Origin: an uncultured Phycisphaerales bacterium
GTDB lineage: Bacteria; Planctomycetota; Phycisphaerae; Sedimentisphaerales; Anaerobacaceae
Direction of reading: 5' to 3'
DNA length: 64,000 nt
NCBI GenBank assembly: GCA_963718665.1
Contig: OY970359.1
Location: 1,632,001-1,696,000 of the forward strand
In this document: one piece after another, positions 21,380 to 31,565 of the stretch
Position numbering within the stretch: position 1 is the stretch's first letter
How the letters are laid out: each line of letters begins with the position of its first letter
Notes under the pieces: generated by a model
Database searches by the model: none
What the model saw: only the letters and a program-made list of their open reading frames with translations
Told to the model about the DNA's origin: nothing
Position numbers and translations under genes: made by a program

Positions 21380-22320
21380 CAAAATCGAGCCGAGCCAGAA
21401 CGTTGAGATTGGCGATTTTCGGAGACCGCAGAAAAGGGCACGTCGCGGAGGCGATAGCGGATTTTGCGGATTTTGTAAAAGGCAAGCCCCTCGACTCTGC
21501 TCCCCTCGACAAAGCTCGGGGCAGGCAGGGCAGGGTTCGGACGGTGGTTAATTGCGGGATTGATGAGTGCACACCTGATAATTTGCAGGAGGCGGATTAC
21601 GCGATAGTTTTTGGCGGGGACGGGAGTATCATCGCGGCGGCGAGGCGATTAAGCCGAAGCGACGACAAAACGGGGATTCCAGTCATAGGTGTTAATCTCG
21701 GCAAGCTCGGATACTTGGCGGAGTTCAGCGTTGAGGAGTTGAAAAAGTTTTTCCCGGAGCTGATGAAGGGCAAGGCGATAATTGAGAAGCGAATGATGCT
21801 TCTTTGCCAGGTGCTAAGGAAGGGCAGGGAGCGTTTTTGTTCGACGGCAGTGAACGACGTATTCATAACGGCGGGGCCGCCGTTTCGGATGATAGACCTG
21901 AAGATGTTCGTTGACGGACAGCATTTGGGTGATTGCGTCAGTGACGGGCTGGTGGTATCGACGCCGACTGGCTCTACGGCGTATGGATTGTCTGCGGGGG
22001 GGCCGATTCTGTCGCAGAAGATGGAAGGGATAGTAATTACGCCGATATGCCCGCACAGTTTAAGTTTCAGACCTATTGTTATAAGAGCGGACAGTGTTGT
22101 TGAGCTTCGCGGGGAGCGTTTGAATGAGGGGACGACGGTTTCGATAGACGGACAAGTGTCGCTGGAGCTGGAAATTGATGATGTGGTGCAGATAAAGCGG
22201 CACAAGAGGGATTTTCTTGTTGTGAATAATCCGCTTCGGTGCGAGTGGGATACGCTGGCGACGAAATTAGGCTGGGCGGAAAAGCCGAAGTATCAGGGCG
22301 TTGAGAAGAATAATCGATAA
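21376..22320 (+). CDS. nadK: NAD kinase
   Basis: GGDGS, GVNLGKLGYL, ND, DGLVVSTPTGSTAY.LSAGGP. Confidence 0.93.
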   Translation: MTKSSRARTLRLAIFGDRRKGHVAEAIADFADFVKGKPLDSAPLDKARGRQGRVRTVVNCGIDECTPDNLQEADYAIVFGGDGSIIAAARRLSRSDDKTGIPVIGVNLGKLGYLAEFSVEELKKFFPELMKGKAIIEKRMMLLCQVLRKGRERFCSTAVNDVFITAGPPFRMIDLKMFVDGQHLGDCVSDGLVVSTPTGSTAYGLSAGGPILSQKMEGIVITPICPHSLSFRPIVIRADSVVELRGERLNEGTTVSIDGQVSLELEIDDVVQIKRHKRDFLVVNNPLRCEWDTLATKLGWAEKPKYQGVEKNNR

Positions 22321-22402
22321 TCGATTATTTTGACCACGGTTTACGAATTGCAACGTGGATTTATATGCGAACAGGATGAATTTGCCCGGGGTAGCAGTTA
22401 AT

Positions 22403-23875
22403 ATGAGAAGCATAAGGTTGGTGTATGTATTGGTGTTTACTTTGGTTGCTTTTGGGGGGGTGGGTCTATCATTGGAAAATCCATCGATTGGCAACCCTGT
22501 GGGGTCCGGAACTGTTCCGCCGACGGCGTATCAGCCGGGATTAGTCCATAGCCCAAACCCGATCGATATGAGCGGTAATCTTGTGATTACGGGCAACGTT
22601 GCCAACGGTATGCAGTTCAGGGGTGTTGTGCCGTATAACAGTCCGACGAGTTTTTACGCGCCGGCGGGTTCGCTTTGGCGTACATCGGCTGGGCTGGATT
22701 CATTTTTGAGGGATACCGCGGGTTCGCAGAATTTCGGGCCGAGCAGCGGTGGTTTGACGCCTTATTATTCACCAACGTGGACGGTAACGACAACGCAGCC
22801 GGGCGTGCAAGGAGTGGTTACGACCGGCGGTTCGGGGGCAAATTCATTTGCAGGCACAAATTTACCGAATGCCCAGACAGGATATTACCTACCCGGGTAT
22901 AACTCTCAGATTAACAAACGGCCGTTGTCGCTGAGCCAGGAGGACTTGGAGAAACTTGTCGAAACGGATGTTACGAAATATCCTAAGGGAAGCGAGGCGG
23001 ATTCGCAATTGCAGGACCAGTTCTGGCGTGATATGGGAGTAAAGATTGAGCGCAAAGAGGAAGCGGCTGATATCACGGATAAGACGGGGCCGGGGCAGGC
23101 GACGAGCAGTGAGCCGAGTTTGGAGGAACTGCTTGGCGGGAATACTCAGGGATTACAGAGGTCGAAGGACAAGCAACGGGTTGATAAAGAAAGATTGGCG
23201 GGTCAGCCAGGCGAAACACCGAAGACGGAGCAGGTGGCTGATATATATGAACAAATGAAGGGGCGGCTGGGCAAGACGATTGAATTGCCCAAGGGTGAGG
23301 GCATATCTGCGACAAAACAGGCGGAGGCGAATGAATCGACAGTATCAAAGCCGGGCGTTACGCCGGCGGAGTTCGCGAAGGCGTATAAGAGTTTTGCCGT
23401 TTTAAGCGATGACAGGTTCAATCAGCATATGAGGGCGGCAGAAGGTTTTATGAAGCAGGGGAGATTTTACAGAGCCGCGGATGCATACACTCTTGCTTCG
23501 ATATATAAGCCAAATGACCCGCTGGGTTACGCGGGCAAGAGCGTGGCGTTGTTCGCGTCGGGAGAGTATCTGAGCAGCTCGCTGTTTTTGGCCAGGGCAT
23601 TGGAAATTTTCCCGGAATACGCGAAGGTCAAGATTGATCTTGTGGGAATGATAGGCGACAAAGATACGGTTGAGAACAGGATACTCGAAGCTCGTGATTG
23701 GATGGACAAGAGTGATTCCGGTGAGCTGGAATTTCTGCTAAGCTACATTTATTATCAGATGGACCGGCTGGAGTTTGCGAGGCAGTCGATAGAGGCGGCG
23801 GCGAAGAAGATGCCGGATTCGCCGGCGGTCGCGGCGATGAAGAAGGCGATAGACGAGCGCCTTGCAAAACCTTAA
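22403..23875 (+). CDS. Exported protein with C-terminal TPR repeats
   Basis: Signal/TM segment, low-complexity middle, helical TPR-like C-terminus; start uncertain (22355-22403). Confidence 0.6.
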   Translation: MRSIRLVYVLVFTLVAFGGVGLSLENPSIGNPVGSGTVPPTAYQPGLVHSPNPIDMSGNLVITGNVANGMQFRGVVPYNSPTSFYAPAGSLWRTSAGLDSFLRDTAGSQNFGPSSGGLTPYYSPTWTVTTTQPGVQGVVTTGGSGANSFAGTNLPNAQTGYYLPGYNSQINKRPLSLSQEDLEKLVETDVTKYPKGSEADSQLQDQFWRDMGVKIERKEEAADITDKTGPGQATSSEPSLEELLGGNTQGLQRSKDKQRVDKERLAGQPGETPKTEQVADIYEQMKGRLGKTIELPKGEGISATKQAEANESTVSKPGVTPAEFAKAYKSFAVLSDDRFNQHMRAAEGFMKQGRFYRAADAYTLASIYKPNDPLGYAGKSVALFASGEYLSSSLFLARALEIFPEYAKVKIDLVGMIGDKDTVENRILEARDWMDKSDSGELEFLLSYIYYQMDRLEFARQSIEAAAKKMPDSPAVAAMKKAIDERLAKP

Positions 23876-23927
23876 CGCATATCGTATATCGTATTTCGTA
23901 TATCGAACCACGAGCGACGAAATACGA

Positions 23928-25964
23928 ATGACTAACGACGAAATACAAAGCACGGCTTTGAATATAGATGATTTTTTTGCGCCTGGAGGGGCGATAGGCC
24001 GGGCATTTGAGGGATACGAACGGCGTCAGCAGCAGGTCGATATGGCCAGGGCGGTGCAAAAGTCGCTATCGACGAAGCGGCATTTGGCGACGGAGGCGGG
24101 GACAGGCGTCGGGAAGAGTTTGGCATATCTTGTGCCTGCGATAGAAAAGGCAATTCTTGGGGCAAATCGAGTAGTCATCAGCACATTCACAATCGCTTTG
24201 CAGGAGCAGTTAATTAATAAGGATATTCCCTGTTTGAACCGGTGTCTGCCGTGGGGGTTCAAGGCGGCGCTGGCAAAGGGTAAATCGAATTATATTTGTA
24301 AACGCCGGCTGGAGTTTGCGATTCGAAGACAGATGGGCTTGTTCGACCAGTTCAGTGATACTCTTGCGGAGATAAATAACTGGGCAACGAGAACGGCGGA
24401 CGGGTCGCTGAGCGATTTGCCTTTTATACCGGATGGTCGGGTTTGGGACGCGGTGAAGGCGGAACACGGCAATTGCAAAGGCAGGAAGTGCGGACATTTT
24501 ACGAGCTGCTTTTGCCAGCGTGCGAAGAGGGAGCTTGAGAACGCGAATGTTATTGTGACGAATCACGCGTTATTATTCAGCGACCTTGCGCTGCGGGAAG
24601 AAGAGTTTTCGATACTGCCAGATTATAAGTGGGTGATTATCGATGAGGCGCATAACATTGAGCGAGTGGCGGAGGAACATTTCGGGATAGAGATAAGCAG
24701 CGGGTCGGTGCGGTTTTTGCTGGACGGGCTTTATAATCCGCGAACACACAAGGGGCTGCTGGTTTATACGGAAGCCGGAAAATTGACGGACATGGTTGTC
24801 AAGGCATCAGAGGCGGCGAAAGAATTTTTCAAAAGCATTCGGCAGTGGGATGAGCGGCACAAGACACAAACTAATGGACGATGCTACAAGAATTTCGTTG
24901 AGGATAAGTTATCTGCGCAGATTAAGGAATTGCGGGCGGGGTTGTCTGGTTTGGCAAAGCAGGCGAAAGACGAGGATGAGCGATTTGAATTGACGCGGTA
25001 TGTCGATAAATGCACAGGGCTGTTGCAGGATTTGGAGGCATTTTTGCCACAGGCCAAACAGGATTATGTTTATTGGGTTGAGGTTAGTGAGAATAAACGT
25101 GAGGCGGTTTACCTGAAAAGTGCGCCGTTAAACGTCGGAGCGGATGTGAAAAGGAGTTTGTTCGATAAGTTTGAGTCGGTGATAATGACGAGCGCGACGT
25201 TAAGCAGTGGTTCGACCCCTTCGACAAGCTCAGGGCAGACAAGCTCACCACGAGTGGGGGGAGAAAAGGGAAAGGGCGGATTCGAGTTTTTCGCGGGGAG
25301 GGTTGGCTTGGGGGATTATGACGCGGTGAAATTAGGTTCGCCATTTGATTATCAAAGGCAGGTAACGATTTATGTCGAGAGCGAATTGCCTGAGCCGAAT
25401 GATGAGAAGTTTGTTGAGTCGGCGTGCGAGGCGGTGAAGAAATATGTGCTGCGAACACAGGGGCGGGCGTTTGTGCTTTTCACGAGTTATAAGATGCTGG
25501 GGGATTTCGCGGAACAATTGGCGGAGTGGTTTAGAGAGAACAATATAGAATTGCTTCAGCAGGGGGTGGGGTTAGACAGGACATCGCTATTGAGACGATT
25601 CAAGATGGACGGGCGATTTGTGTTGTTCGGGACAGATAGTTTCTGGCAGGGGGTGGATGTTGCGGGCGAGGCGTTATCGAACGTGATAATTGTGCGGCTG
25701 CCTTTCGCGATGCCTGATACGCCTTTGTTGGCGGGGCGGTTAGATAAAATCAAAGAAGAAGGCGGCAATCCTTTTGCGGAGTATCAGTTGCCTTTGGCGA
25801 TAATAAAGTTCAAGCAGGGCTTTGGCCGACTGATTCGGACGAAGACGGATACAGGCATTGTTGTTATTTTGGATTCCCGCATATTGAGCAAATCATACGG
25901 CAAGAATTTTTTGGTGGCGATACCGAAATGTAAGACCGAAATAGTTGCTCGCGGCAGGCAGTAA
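23928..25964 (+). CDS. DinG/YoaA-family Fe-S helicase
   Basis: EAGTGVGKS, Cys cluster, IIDEAH, TSATL, LFTSY, FWQGVD, QGFGRLIR. Confidence 0.9.
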   Translation: MTNDEIQSTALNIDDFFAPGGAIGRAFEGYERRQQQVDMARAVQKSLSTKRHLATEAGTGVGKSLAYLVPAIEKAILGANRVVISTFTIALQEQLINKDIPCLNRCLPWGFKAALAKGKSNYICKRRLEFAIRRQMGLFDQFSDTLAEINNWATRTADGSLSDLPFIPDGRVWDAVKAEHGNCKGRKCGHFTSCFCQRAKRELENANVIVTNHALLFSDLALREEEFSILPDYKWVIIDEAHNIERVAEEHFGIEISSGSVRFLLDGLYNPRTHKGLLVYTEAGKLTDMVVKASEAAKEFFKSIRQWDERHKTQTNGRCYKNFVEDKLSAQIKELRAGLSGLAKQAKDEDERFELTRYVDKCTGLLQDLEAFLPQAKQDYVYWVEVSENKREAVYLKSAPLNVGADVKRSLFDKFESVIMTSATLSSGSTPSTSSGQTSSPRVGGEKGKGGFEFFAGRVGLGDYDAVKLGSPFDYQRQVTIYVESELPEPNDEKFVESACEAVKKYVLRTQGRAFVLFTSYKMLGDFAEQLAEWFRENNIELLQQGVGLDRTSLLRRFKMDGRFVLFGTDSFWQGVDVAGEALSNVIIVRLPFAMPDTPLLAGRLDKIKEEGGNPFAEYQLPLAIIKFKQGFGRLIRTKTDTGIVVILDSRILSKSYGKNFLVAIPKCKTEIVARGRQ

Positions 25965-25968
25965 TCTG

Positions 25969-27264
25969 TCATTTGTCCGCGACGGGGACATTGGCATCAC
26001 AGGGGGAATCGGGAAGTTTTTGTCCTTCAACGTATTCTGTTACAAAGCAGGAACTCTTTACAAGACCTGACTTGCGCAATTCAATATAGGCCAGCGGATT
26101 TGGCGAGGGGATTTTGAGTAATCTGGTTCGATGGGCATTTAGCCAGGTTGATTTAGCGGTGGAATTGCCGAAAGTTTGCCGCAGAGAATCGACAAGCCCT
26201 TTCGTCTTATAACGAGCCACGGCTATGTCTGAGCCGTTCCATTTCAAACGGGATACGACGCAGATGTCGTTGTTTTTAAGAAACTGCCCGCTTTCAATTA
26301 TCTTGTCGAGGTTTTTTATAAAGTCGAGCGGGCCGGTTTGGGGCCAGAAGCTTTTTGTAAACACGCCCCGGTAGTTGGCGGTTTTAACAAGGGTATATTT
26401 TGAATTTGTTCGCAGAGTTTGGCCGAGAGCTCTGCGGATTTTTTCCCCCGTGTTTAATCGCTGGCGTGTTTTTCGGAGCACCGCTTTAATAAGGATTTTT
26501 CCTGTTTTTTTGCCTATTCCAGTCCAGGCACAGTATTCTGTGAAGAATCTCATTCGGTCTGTTCTGCTGAGGAGGCCGCAGGCGCTGATATTGAGCTGCA
26601 CGAGATTTTTGACGCGGAGCCAAAAAGGGAGCAGGATAAATTTTTTTGTTCTGGTGTTGTCGATGAAGAAGAATCGCCAGGAAGCTCTTTCGGGGCTAAG
26701 CAGCACATTGCCGAAGCGCAAGTCGCCGTGAAAGATTCCATTTGCGTGCATTTTGCCGATGGTTCTGCCGAAATTGCGTAACAGGTCTCTGAAGCCGGCC
26801 AATTGTTCAGGGGTCATAATTTCCCATGTTTGGCGAGCAATATCAATAGCTCTTTTTGTGTTTTCGATTCCGAGTGTGACCGAGAAGCTTTCGGAATGAA
26901 AAAGGCCTGAGCAGGACTCTCCAACAGCGACAGTTACAGGGACATCAAAGCCGTTTTGTGCAAGCATCATTTCCGCTTTATGCGAACATTTCGCCAAACT
27001 TCCGAAGATAAGGGATTTAAGGGAGGCGAGACCTGATTTGCGGAAAAACCACTTTATGTAAATATCCCTGTCGGCGCCTTCAAAGGGGATGTTAAATTTG
27101 CAAACGCGGCTGAACTCCGAAGACGGCAGAGTTTTAAGCGGGTATCGTTTTCGCAGGGTTTCTTCGCCTGACAACAGTGCCTGCCCCAGGTCGCTGCTGA
27201 GAAAGTTCTTCCTGATATACAACGTGAGATTATTTTGCTTAATTTTTACAAAATCGGCGTTCAA
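25969..27264 (-). CDS. Kdo/WaaP-type lipopolysaccharide kinase with a truncated second kinase domain
   Basis: MHANGIFHGDLRFGNVL, FFIDN, NLVQLN; second repeat ends at VTEYVEG; TTG start after an RBS. Confidence 0.72.
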   Translation of the reverse strand: MNADFVKIKQNNLTLYIRKNFLSSDLGQALLSGEETLRKRYPLKTLPSSEFSRVCKFNIPFEGADRDIYIKWFFRKSGLASLKSLIFGSLAKCSHKAEMMLAQNGFDVPVTVAVGESCSGLFHSESFSVTLGIENTKRAIDIARQTWEIMTPEQLAGFRDLLRNFGRTIGKMHANGIFHGDLRFGNVLLSPERASWRFFFIDNTRTKKFILLPFWLRVKNLVQLNISACGLLSRTDRMRFFTEYCAWTGIGKKTGKILIKAVLRKTRQRLNTGEKIRRALGQTLRTNSKYTLVKTANYRGVFTKSFWPQTGPLDFIKNLDKIIESGQFLKNNDICVVSRLKWNGSDIAVARYKTKGLVDSLRQTFGNSTAKSTWLNAHRTRLLKIPSPNPLAYIELRKSGLVKSSCFVTEYVEGQKLPDSPCDANVPVADK

Positions 27265-27492
27265 GGTCTCATCCTTATTATTGCGACGGCTCGCGTGATG
27301 TTTTCCAGCGGTGGAATATAGCGGAATTGGGCGAAAGAAACAAGTTTTTAAGGTGCAGCGTACAGCGTTCAGCGGACAGGCCAAACAGCATAGCGGGCAG
27401 CTATGGCCCCTCGGCCTTGCTCGGGACAGGCGGACAGGTTATGGAAGCGAGAAGTTAGAAGGGAGAAGTAAAAACGGATTTAGGATTTGATT

Positions 27493-27518
27493 GGATTCCC
27501 GCCTGCGCGGGAATGACA
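27493..27518. repeat. REP-like palindrome GGATTCCCGCCTGCGCGGGAATGAC (variant copy at 28105-28129)
   Basis: Two near-identical hairpins bracketing the gap upstream of the portal gene. Confidence 0.7.
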
Positions 27519-28148
27519 GTTATGAAATGGCTTGCAGTGAAATCCTCCTTCGCTGAAGCTACGGAGGACAGGCCAGTGGAATCCGCCTCCGGCGGACAAG
27601 TATGTGGCGGAGAGGGTTTTCTGCATAAAAAACAGGGGGGATGGGGACATTAAAAAATGATGTAAGGCCAGTTTGTAGAAGTAGTTATAAACAATTGACT
27701 GTCCAAGAAGGGGGGCTTTTTGCACGGTTTTTTGGTCATTTTTGGGGCTGTTTTTTGAGTGTTTTTTAAGTCGCGTTTTTGCTGTAACCACTGCAAATAT
27801 AACTGTTTAAAATCTGGACACGAACAGTCGTATAAAACAAACGTATCAAACGCTTGTATCAAACACTTGTTATCCATTTTCGCGCAGGTCGAAAACCCTT
27901 AGATGGAAAAATTTCAAAAAATTTTATCTCCTTGTGGCACAAGGACTTATCGATTTTGGGCATATCAGGAAATCCCTTAGTTTTCGTCAAAAGCGCGCAA
28001 GTTTGCGCCATAGGGTAGAGGGACGCGTGAAGCGGTCGCCTCTGTAGTTTTGAGTTTTTAGTGTTTAGTTTTGAGTTGAGGAAGAAGAAAGCGATTGAGA
28101 TTGTGGATTCCTGCTTGCGCAGGAATGACAAGTGAAAGGGGAAGTGAA

Positions 28149-29666
28149 ATGGGATTTGACGTGAAGATATTTGGGGACGGATTCGATGCGGAGTATCTGG
28201 AATGGTTAGTGGAGCAGCGTTGGCCACAGATACAGGTACACTTCGGGAAGATGTGGGAGTATTACGCGAACCCGATAATGGATTTACATAAGGGAGCTAA
28301 TCATTCCGTCGAGCAGAAGATCAATGAAAGCGGCAAGTGCTATGTTCAGGCGCAGGAGTATGGGCTGCCGGCGAGGATAACCGGACTGGCGCGGTGCGCG
28401 GAGGCGGGGGTGTATGGCGGGAGGCCAGTCGGGGACATACGCCGCAAAGAGGTGGTGATTGAGAATGATATAGCGTGGCGGGTAAACGCTGCTGTGGATT
28501 TTTTGTTTGGGAAACCAATAAGCGTGGTGTCCCGAGCCGCTGATGGCACGAAACGAGCAGAAATCGAAGGGATAATAAAGGCGGTTTTTTCGGCCAACGG
28601 CGGAATCGGGTTTTTGCAGGATATGGCGGTGCTCGGGGGCGTCTATGGGTTCGTCGATTGTATGGTCAGGCCTGGCCGGGAAATCTACGAGCGCATTTCG
28701 GACACTCCTTCAAACCTCAACTGCGAGGTTGTGCTTGAATTGGCACGCGCAATCGGGTTAGAGCTGATAGAGGCGCCTCGGGCACTGCCTGTTCTTGATG
28801 AGAATGATTATCGAAAAGTGGTTTACTATGTTCAGCATTTTCGGCAGGTGAAGAATCAACTGACGGGCGGCGGGGTGTTGCAGCGGCTGTTTGGGCAGGA
28901 GGGGGACAAACGCAGAGTTGTGAGCGTGACGGAGATAACGTCGGCGGAGGCGTGGCAGAGGTATGAGAACAAGGAGCTTGTGGCAGAGGGGAAATTGCCC
29001 TGGGGATTTTTGCCTGTGGTTCACATTCAGAATCTGGCTCAGCCATTTTACTACGAGGGACAGAGCGACGTTGAGCCGTTGATGCCGATACAGGACGAGT
29101 TGAACACGAGGTTATCTGACAGGGCCAGCCGGATAACGATGCAGTCGTTCAAGATGTACCTTGGCAAGGGGATAGAGGGTTTCGCGGAGAAGCCCGTGTC
29201 GCCGGGAGTGATGTGGCATACGGATAATCCGGACGCGGCGATAGAGGAGTTCGGGGGTGACGAGGACCATCCGAGCGAGAGCGCGCACATAGAAGAGATG
29301 CGCGAGGCGATGGATAAAATCAGCGGAATGACGCCTTTGGTGGCGGGGGTGATTCGCACGAAGCTGGGGAATCTGACGAGCGCGGTTGCGCTTAGGTTGA
29401 CGATGATGGGGATGCTGTCAAAAACGGAGCGCAAGAGATTTACATACGGCGAGGGGCTTAAGAGGATTGTGGAGATGGTCCTGGAGATTTTGGACAAGGC
29501 GAACATCTACAAGACAAGTGAGCAGGACAGGGACGTTGAGGTAATTTTCCCGGACCCGCTGCCTGAGAATGAGATGGAAAAGCTTGATGAGGCAAAGGCG
29601 AAGAAAGAGCTTGGCGTGCCTATTGAGCGAGTGTTGAAAGAGCTTGGGTATGAAACAGTTGTGTAA
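28149..29666 (+). CDS. Phage portal protein (SPP1 gp6-like)
   Basis: ~505 aa; N..W.V...VDFLFGKP, LPVVHIQN..GQSDVE.L...QDELN..LS, SAVALR, V.V.F...LPEN. Confidence 0.8.
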   Translation: MGFDVKIFGDGFDAEYLEWLVEQRWPQIQVHFGKMWEYYANPIMDLHKGANHSVEQKINESGKCYVQAQEYGLPARITGLARCAEAGVYGGRPVGDIRRKEVVIENDIAWRVNAAVDFLFGKPISVVSRAADGTKRAEIEGIIKAVFSANGGIGFLQDMAVLGGVYGFVDCMVRPGREIYERISDTPSNLNCEVVLELARAIGLELIEAPRALPVLDENDYRKVVYYVQHFRQVKNQLTGGGVLQRLFGQEGDKRRVVSVTEITSAEAWQRYENKELVAEGKLPWGFLPVVHIQNLAQPFYYEGQSDVEPLMPIQDELNTRLSDRASRITMQSFKMYLGKGIEGFAEKPVSPGVMWHTDNPDAAIEEFGGDEDHPSESAHIEEMREAMDKISGMTPLVAGVIRTKLGNLTSAVALRLTMMGMLSKTERKRFTYGEGLKRIVEMVLEILDKANIYKTSEQDRDVEVIFPDPLPENEMEKLDEAKAKKELGVPIERVLKELGYETVV

Positions 29667-29714
29667 AAAAGGCAAAAGGAAAAAATAAAAAGGTAAAAGT
29701 TAAAAGGAGGAAGT

Positions 29715-30233
29715 ATGAGTCAAGTTGACGAAGGGGTACTGCCAGGGGCAGAAGAGGGACAAGGCGAGGTTGATGACGTGAAATTTGTTCCTGTGGGTGA
29801 ATCGATAAGGTATCGCAGGCGGGCACAGGGCGCTGAGAAACGGGTTGAGGAGCTTGCGGGAGAGCTGGTTGAGGCGAAAACTGAGGCGACGAGGTTGGCT
29901 GATGAGCTTAAGGCGACGCAGCAGGAACAGGAATTGATGAGACGGCTGGCTTCGGAGGGGACACGTGATTTGGAGGCGGCGATGCTGATAGCTAAGTCAC
30001 GATTAGCCGGGACAGATAAGGCAGATTTGAATGACGTTGTGGAGCAGTTGAAGAAGGAGAAGCAGTATCTGTTTGGCGAAAAGACGTCGGGGAGTGTGGC
30101 TGTGAGGACATCGCCGGCGAAAGAGCAGAGAAGTGGAGCCGGAGCGCTCGAGCGGTCGGCCAAGAGGGCCGCGGGGACAGGCAGCAGGAGTGATTTGCAG
30201 GAGTATATGAGAAAACGGAGAAGCATTGTTTAA
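29715..30233 (+). CDS. Putative capsid scaffolding protein
   Basis: Between portal and capsid genes; acidic N-terminus, coiled coil, LKKEKQYLF motif. Confidence 0.65.
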   Translation: MSQVDEGVLPGAEEGQGEVDDVKFVPVGESIRYRRRAQGAEKRVEELAGELVEAKTEATRLADELKATQQEQELMRRLASEGTRDLEAAMLIAKSRLAGTDKADLNDVVEQLKKEKQYLFGEKTSGSVAVRTSPAKEQRSGAGALERSAKRAAGTGSRSDLQEYMRKRRSIV

Positions 30234-30330
30234 CTGTTGTTGAAATGAAATGTTCATAGTTTGTTGTTCGTAGTTTATTGCAATGAACAATGAACACAGA
30301 ACACCGGACAATTAGGAAGGAGACAAACAC

Positions 30331-31485
30331 ATGGCATTTACAGGAAAAGCGACGTATTCGGCAGGGACGAGTTTGCCGGAATTGGCGGAAGATGTGGCGG
30401 ATTTAATCGGGATAGTATCGCCTTATGAGACGCCATTGCTGGACGCATTAGGCGACCCATTGAGAGAGGCGACAAGCATACATCACGAGTGGCTGGAAGA
30501 TGAGTTGCTACCGAACAAGGACGCGGTGAACGATAGCACGTTTACGGACCCGGATATTGACACGCAATTTGTGGTTGATAACGGGAGCAGGTTCAGGGTT
30601 GGCGACCAGATACAAATTGAGGGAAGCCGAGAACTGATGCTGGTTGTCGGAGTGAACGGCAACACGCTGACGGTGACTCGCGGGTACGGTGGAACATTGC
30701 CCGATAATCTGGCTGACAACCAGGTAATCAACATCCTGGGCAACGCGGCATTGGAAGGTGATGACAAGCCGGGGACAAGGTTTACCAATCGCAGCAGGCG
30801 AGGCAACTATACGCAGATATTCACAGCGACGGTTGAGGTGTCGGGGACGGATATTGCGGCAAGTCATCTTGGACTGGCAGATGAGATGGATTATCAGAAG
30901 CAGGAGCGGTTGCGTGAGCTTATTCGAGACCTTGAGAACACGGTCATCAACGGAGGTCAGCCGACGAGCAGTCCGCAGGGCGGGGACACAGCGAGACGGA
31001 CAATGAAGGGTGTTGTGCAGCATCTTGCGACGAACGTGTTCCGAACAGGCGACAGCGGATTCCCGATGGGAGCGGACCTTGATGAGGCGAAGATTAACTA
31101 CGCGCTTAGGGAAATCTGGGCGAGCAGCAGCGGGAATGTTGACCTGATAGTCGTGGGCGGTTTTCAGAAGCGGAAGATAAACAGTTTTGTGTCGAGCAGC
31201 AGGAGTTACGCGGCAGGGGACACGAAGTTTACCGACCTGGTGAACGTCTATGAGAGCGATTTCGGCGTCTGCCGGATAGTGACGACGCGCTGGCTGCCGC
31301 AGGATACGGTTCTGCTTCTGGATTCGTCGCGGATAGCGGTATTGCCCTTGGCGGGGAGGAGTTTCTACTTCAAACCATTGGCAAGCAGCGGCGATTATGA
31401 ATGCGGGGAGCTGATAGGCGAATACACGGTGGAGCTGAAGAACGAGGCGGCACACGGGATAATTCGAGGACTTAGCGTTAGTTAG
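30331..31485 (+). CDS. Major capsid protein (DUF5309/SU10-like)
   Basis: ETPLL..LG, HEWLEDEL, NYTQIF..VEVSGT, RDLE..ING, RTMKG, YESDFG, GEYTVELKNE.AHG. Confidence 0.8.
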   Translation: MAFTGKATYSAGTSLPELAEDVADLIGIVSPYETPLLDALGDPLREATSIHHEWLEDELLPNKDAVNDSTFTDPDIDTQFVVDNGSRFRVGDQIQIEGSRELMLVVGVNGNTLTVTRGYGGTLPDNLADNQVINILGNAALEGDDKPGTRFTNRSRRGNYTQIFTATVEVSGTDIAASHLGLADEMDYQKQERLRELIRDLENTVINGGQPTSSPQGGDTARRTMKGVVQHLATNVFRTGDSGFPMGADLDEAKINYALREIWASSSGNVDLIVVGGFQKRKINSFVSSSRSYAAGDTKFTDLVNVYESDFGVCRIVTTRWLPQDTVLLLDSSRIAVLPLAGRSFYFKPLASSGDYECGELIGEYTVELKNEAAHGIIRGLSVS

Positions 31486-31565
31486 CGTTTAGCGGGCAGC
31501 GGATAGCGTATAGGAAACTACCTAACACTATCCGCAAGGCCCGCAGCTAAAGAAGGGAGTGAAAT

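Noticed and set aside
27992..28010. Sigma54 promoter near the portal gene
   Set aside because: GG-to-GC spacing is 9 or 11 rather than 10, and it is on the opposite strand
27480..28227. Small minus-strand ORFs of 75-122 aa
   Set aside because: Built from REP and low-complexity tracts; no protein-like signal
30508..31455. 315-aa antisense ORF over the capsid gene, and similar shadows such as 20444-21208, 31800-32483 and 43970-44647
   Set aside because: They overlap well-supported genes, show no motifs, and are expected from biased codon usage
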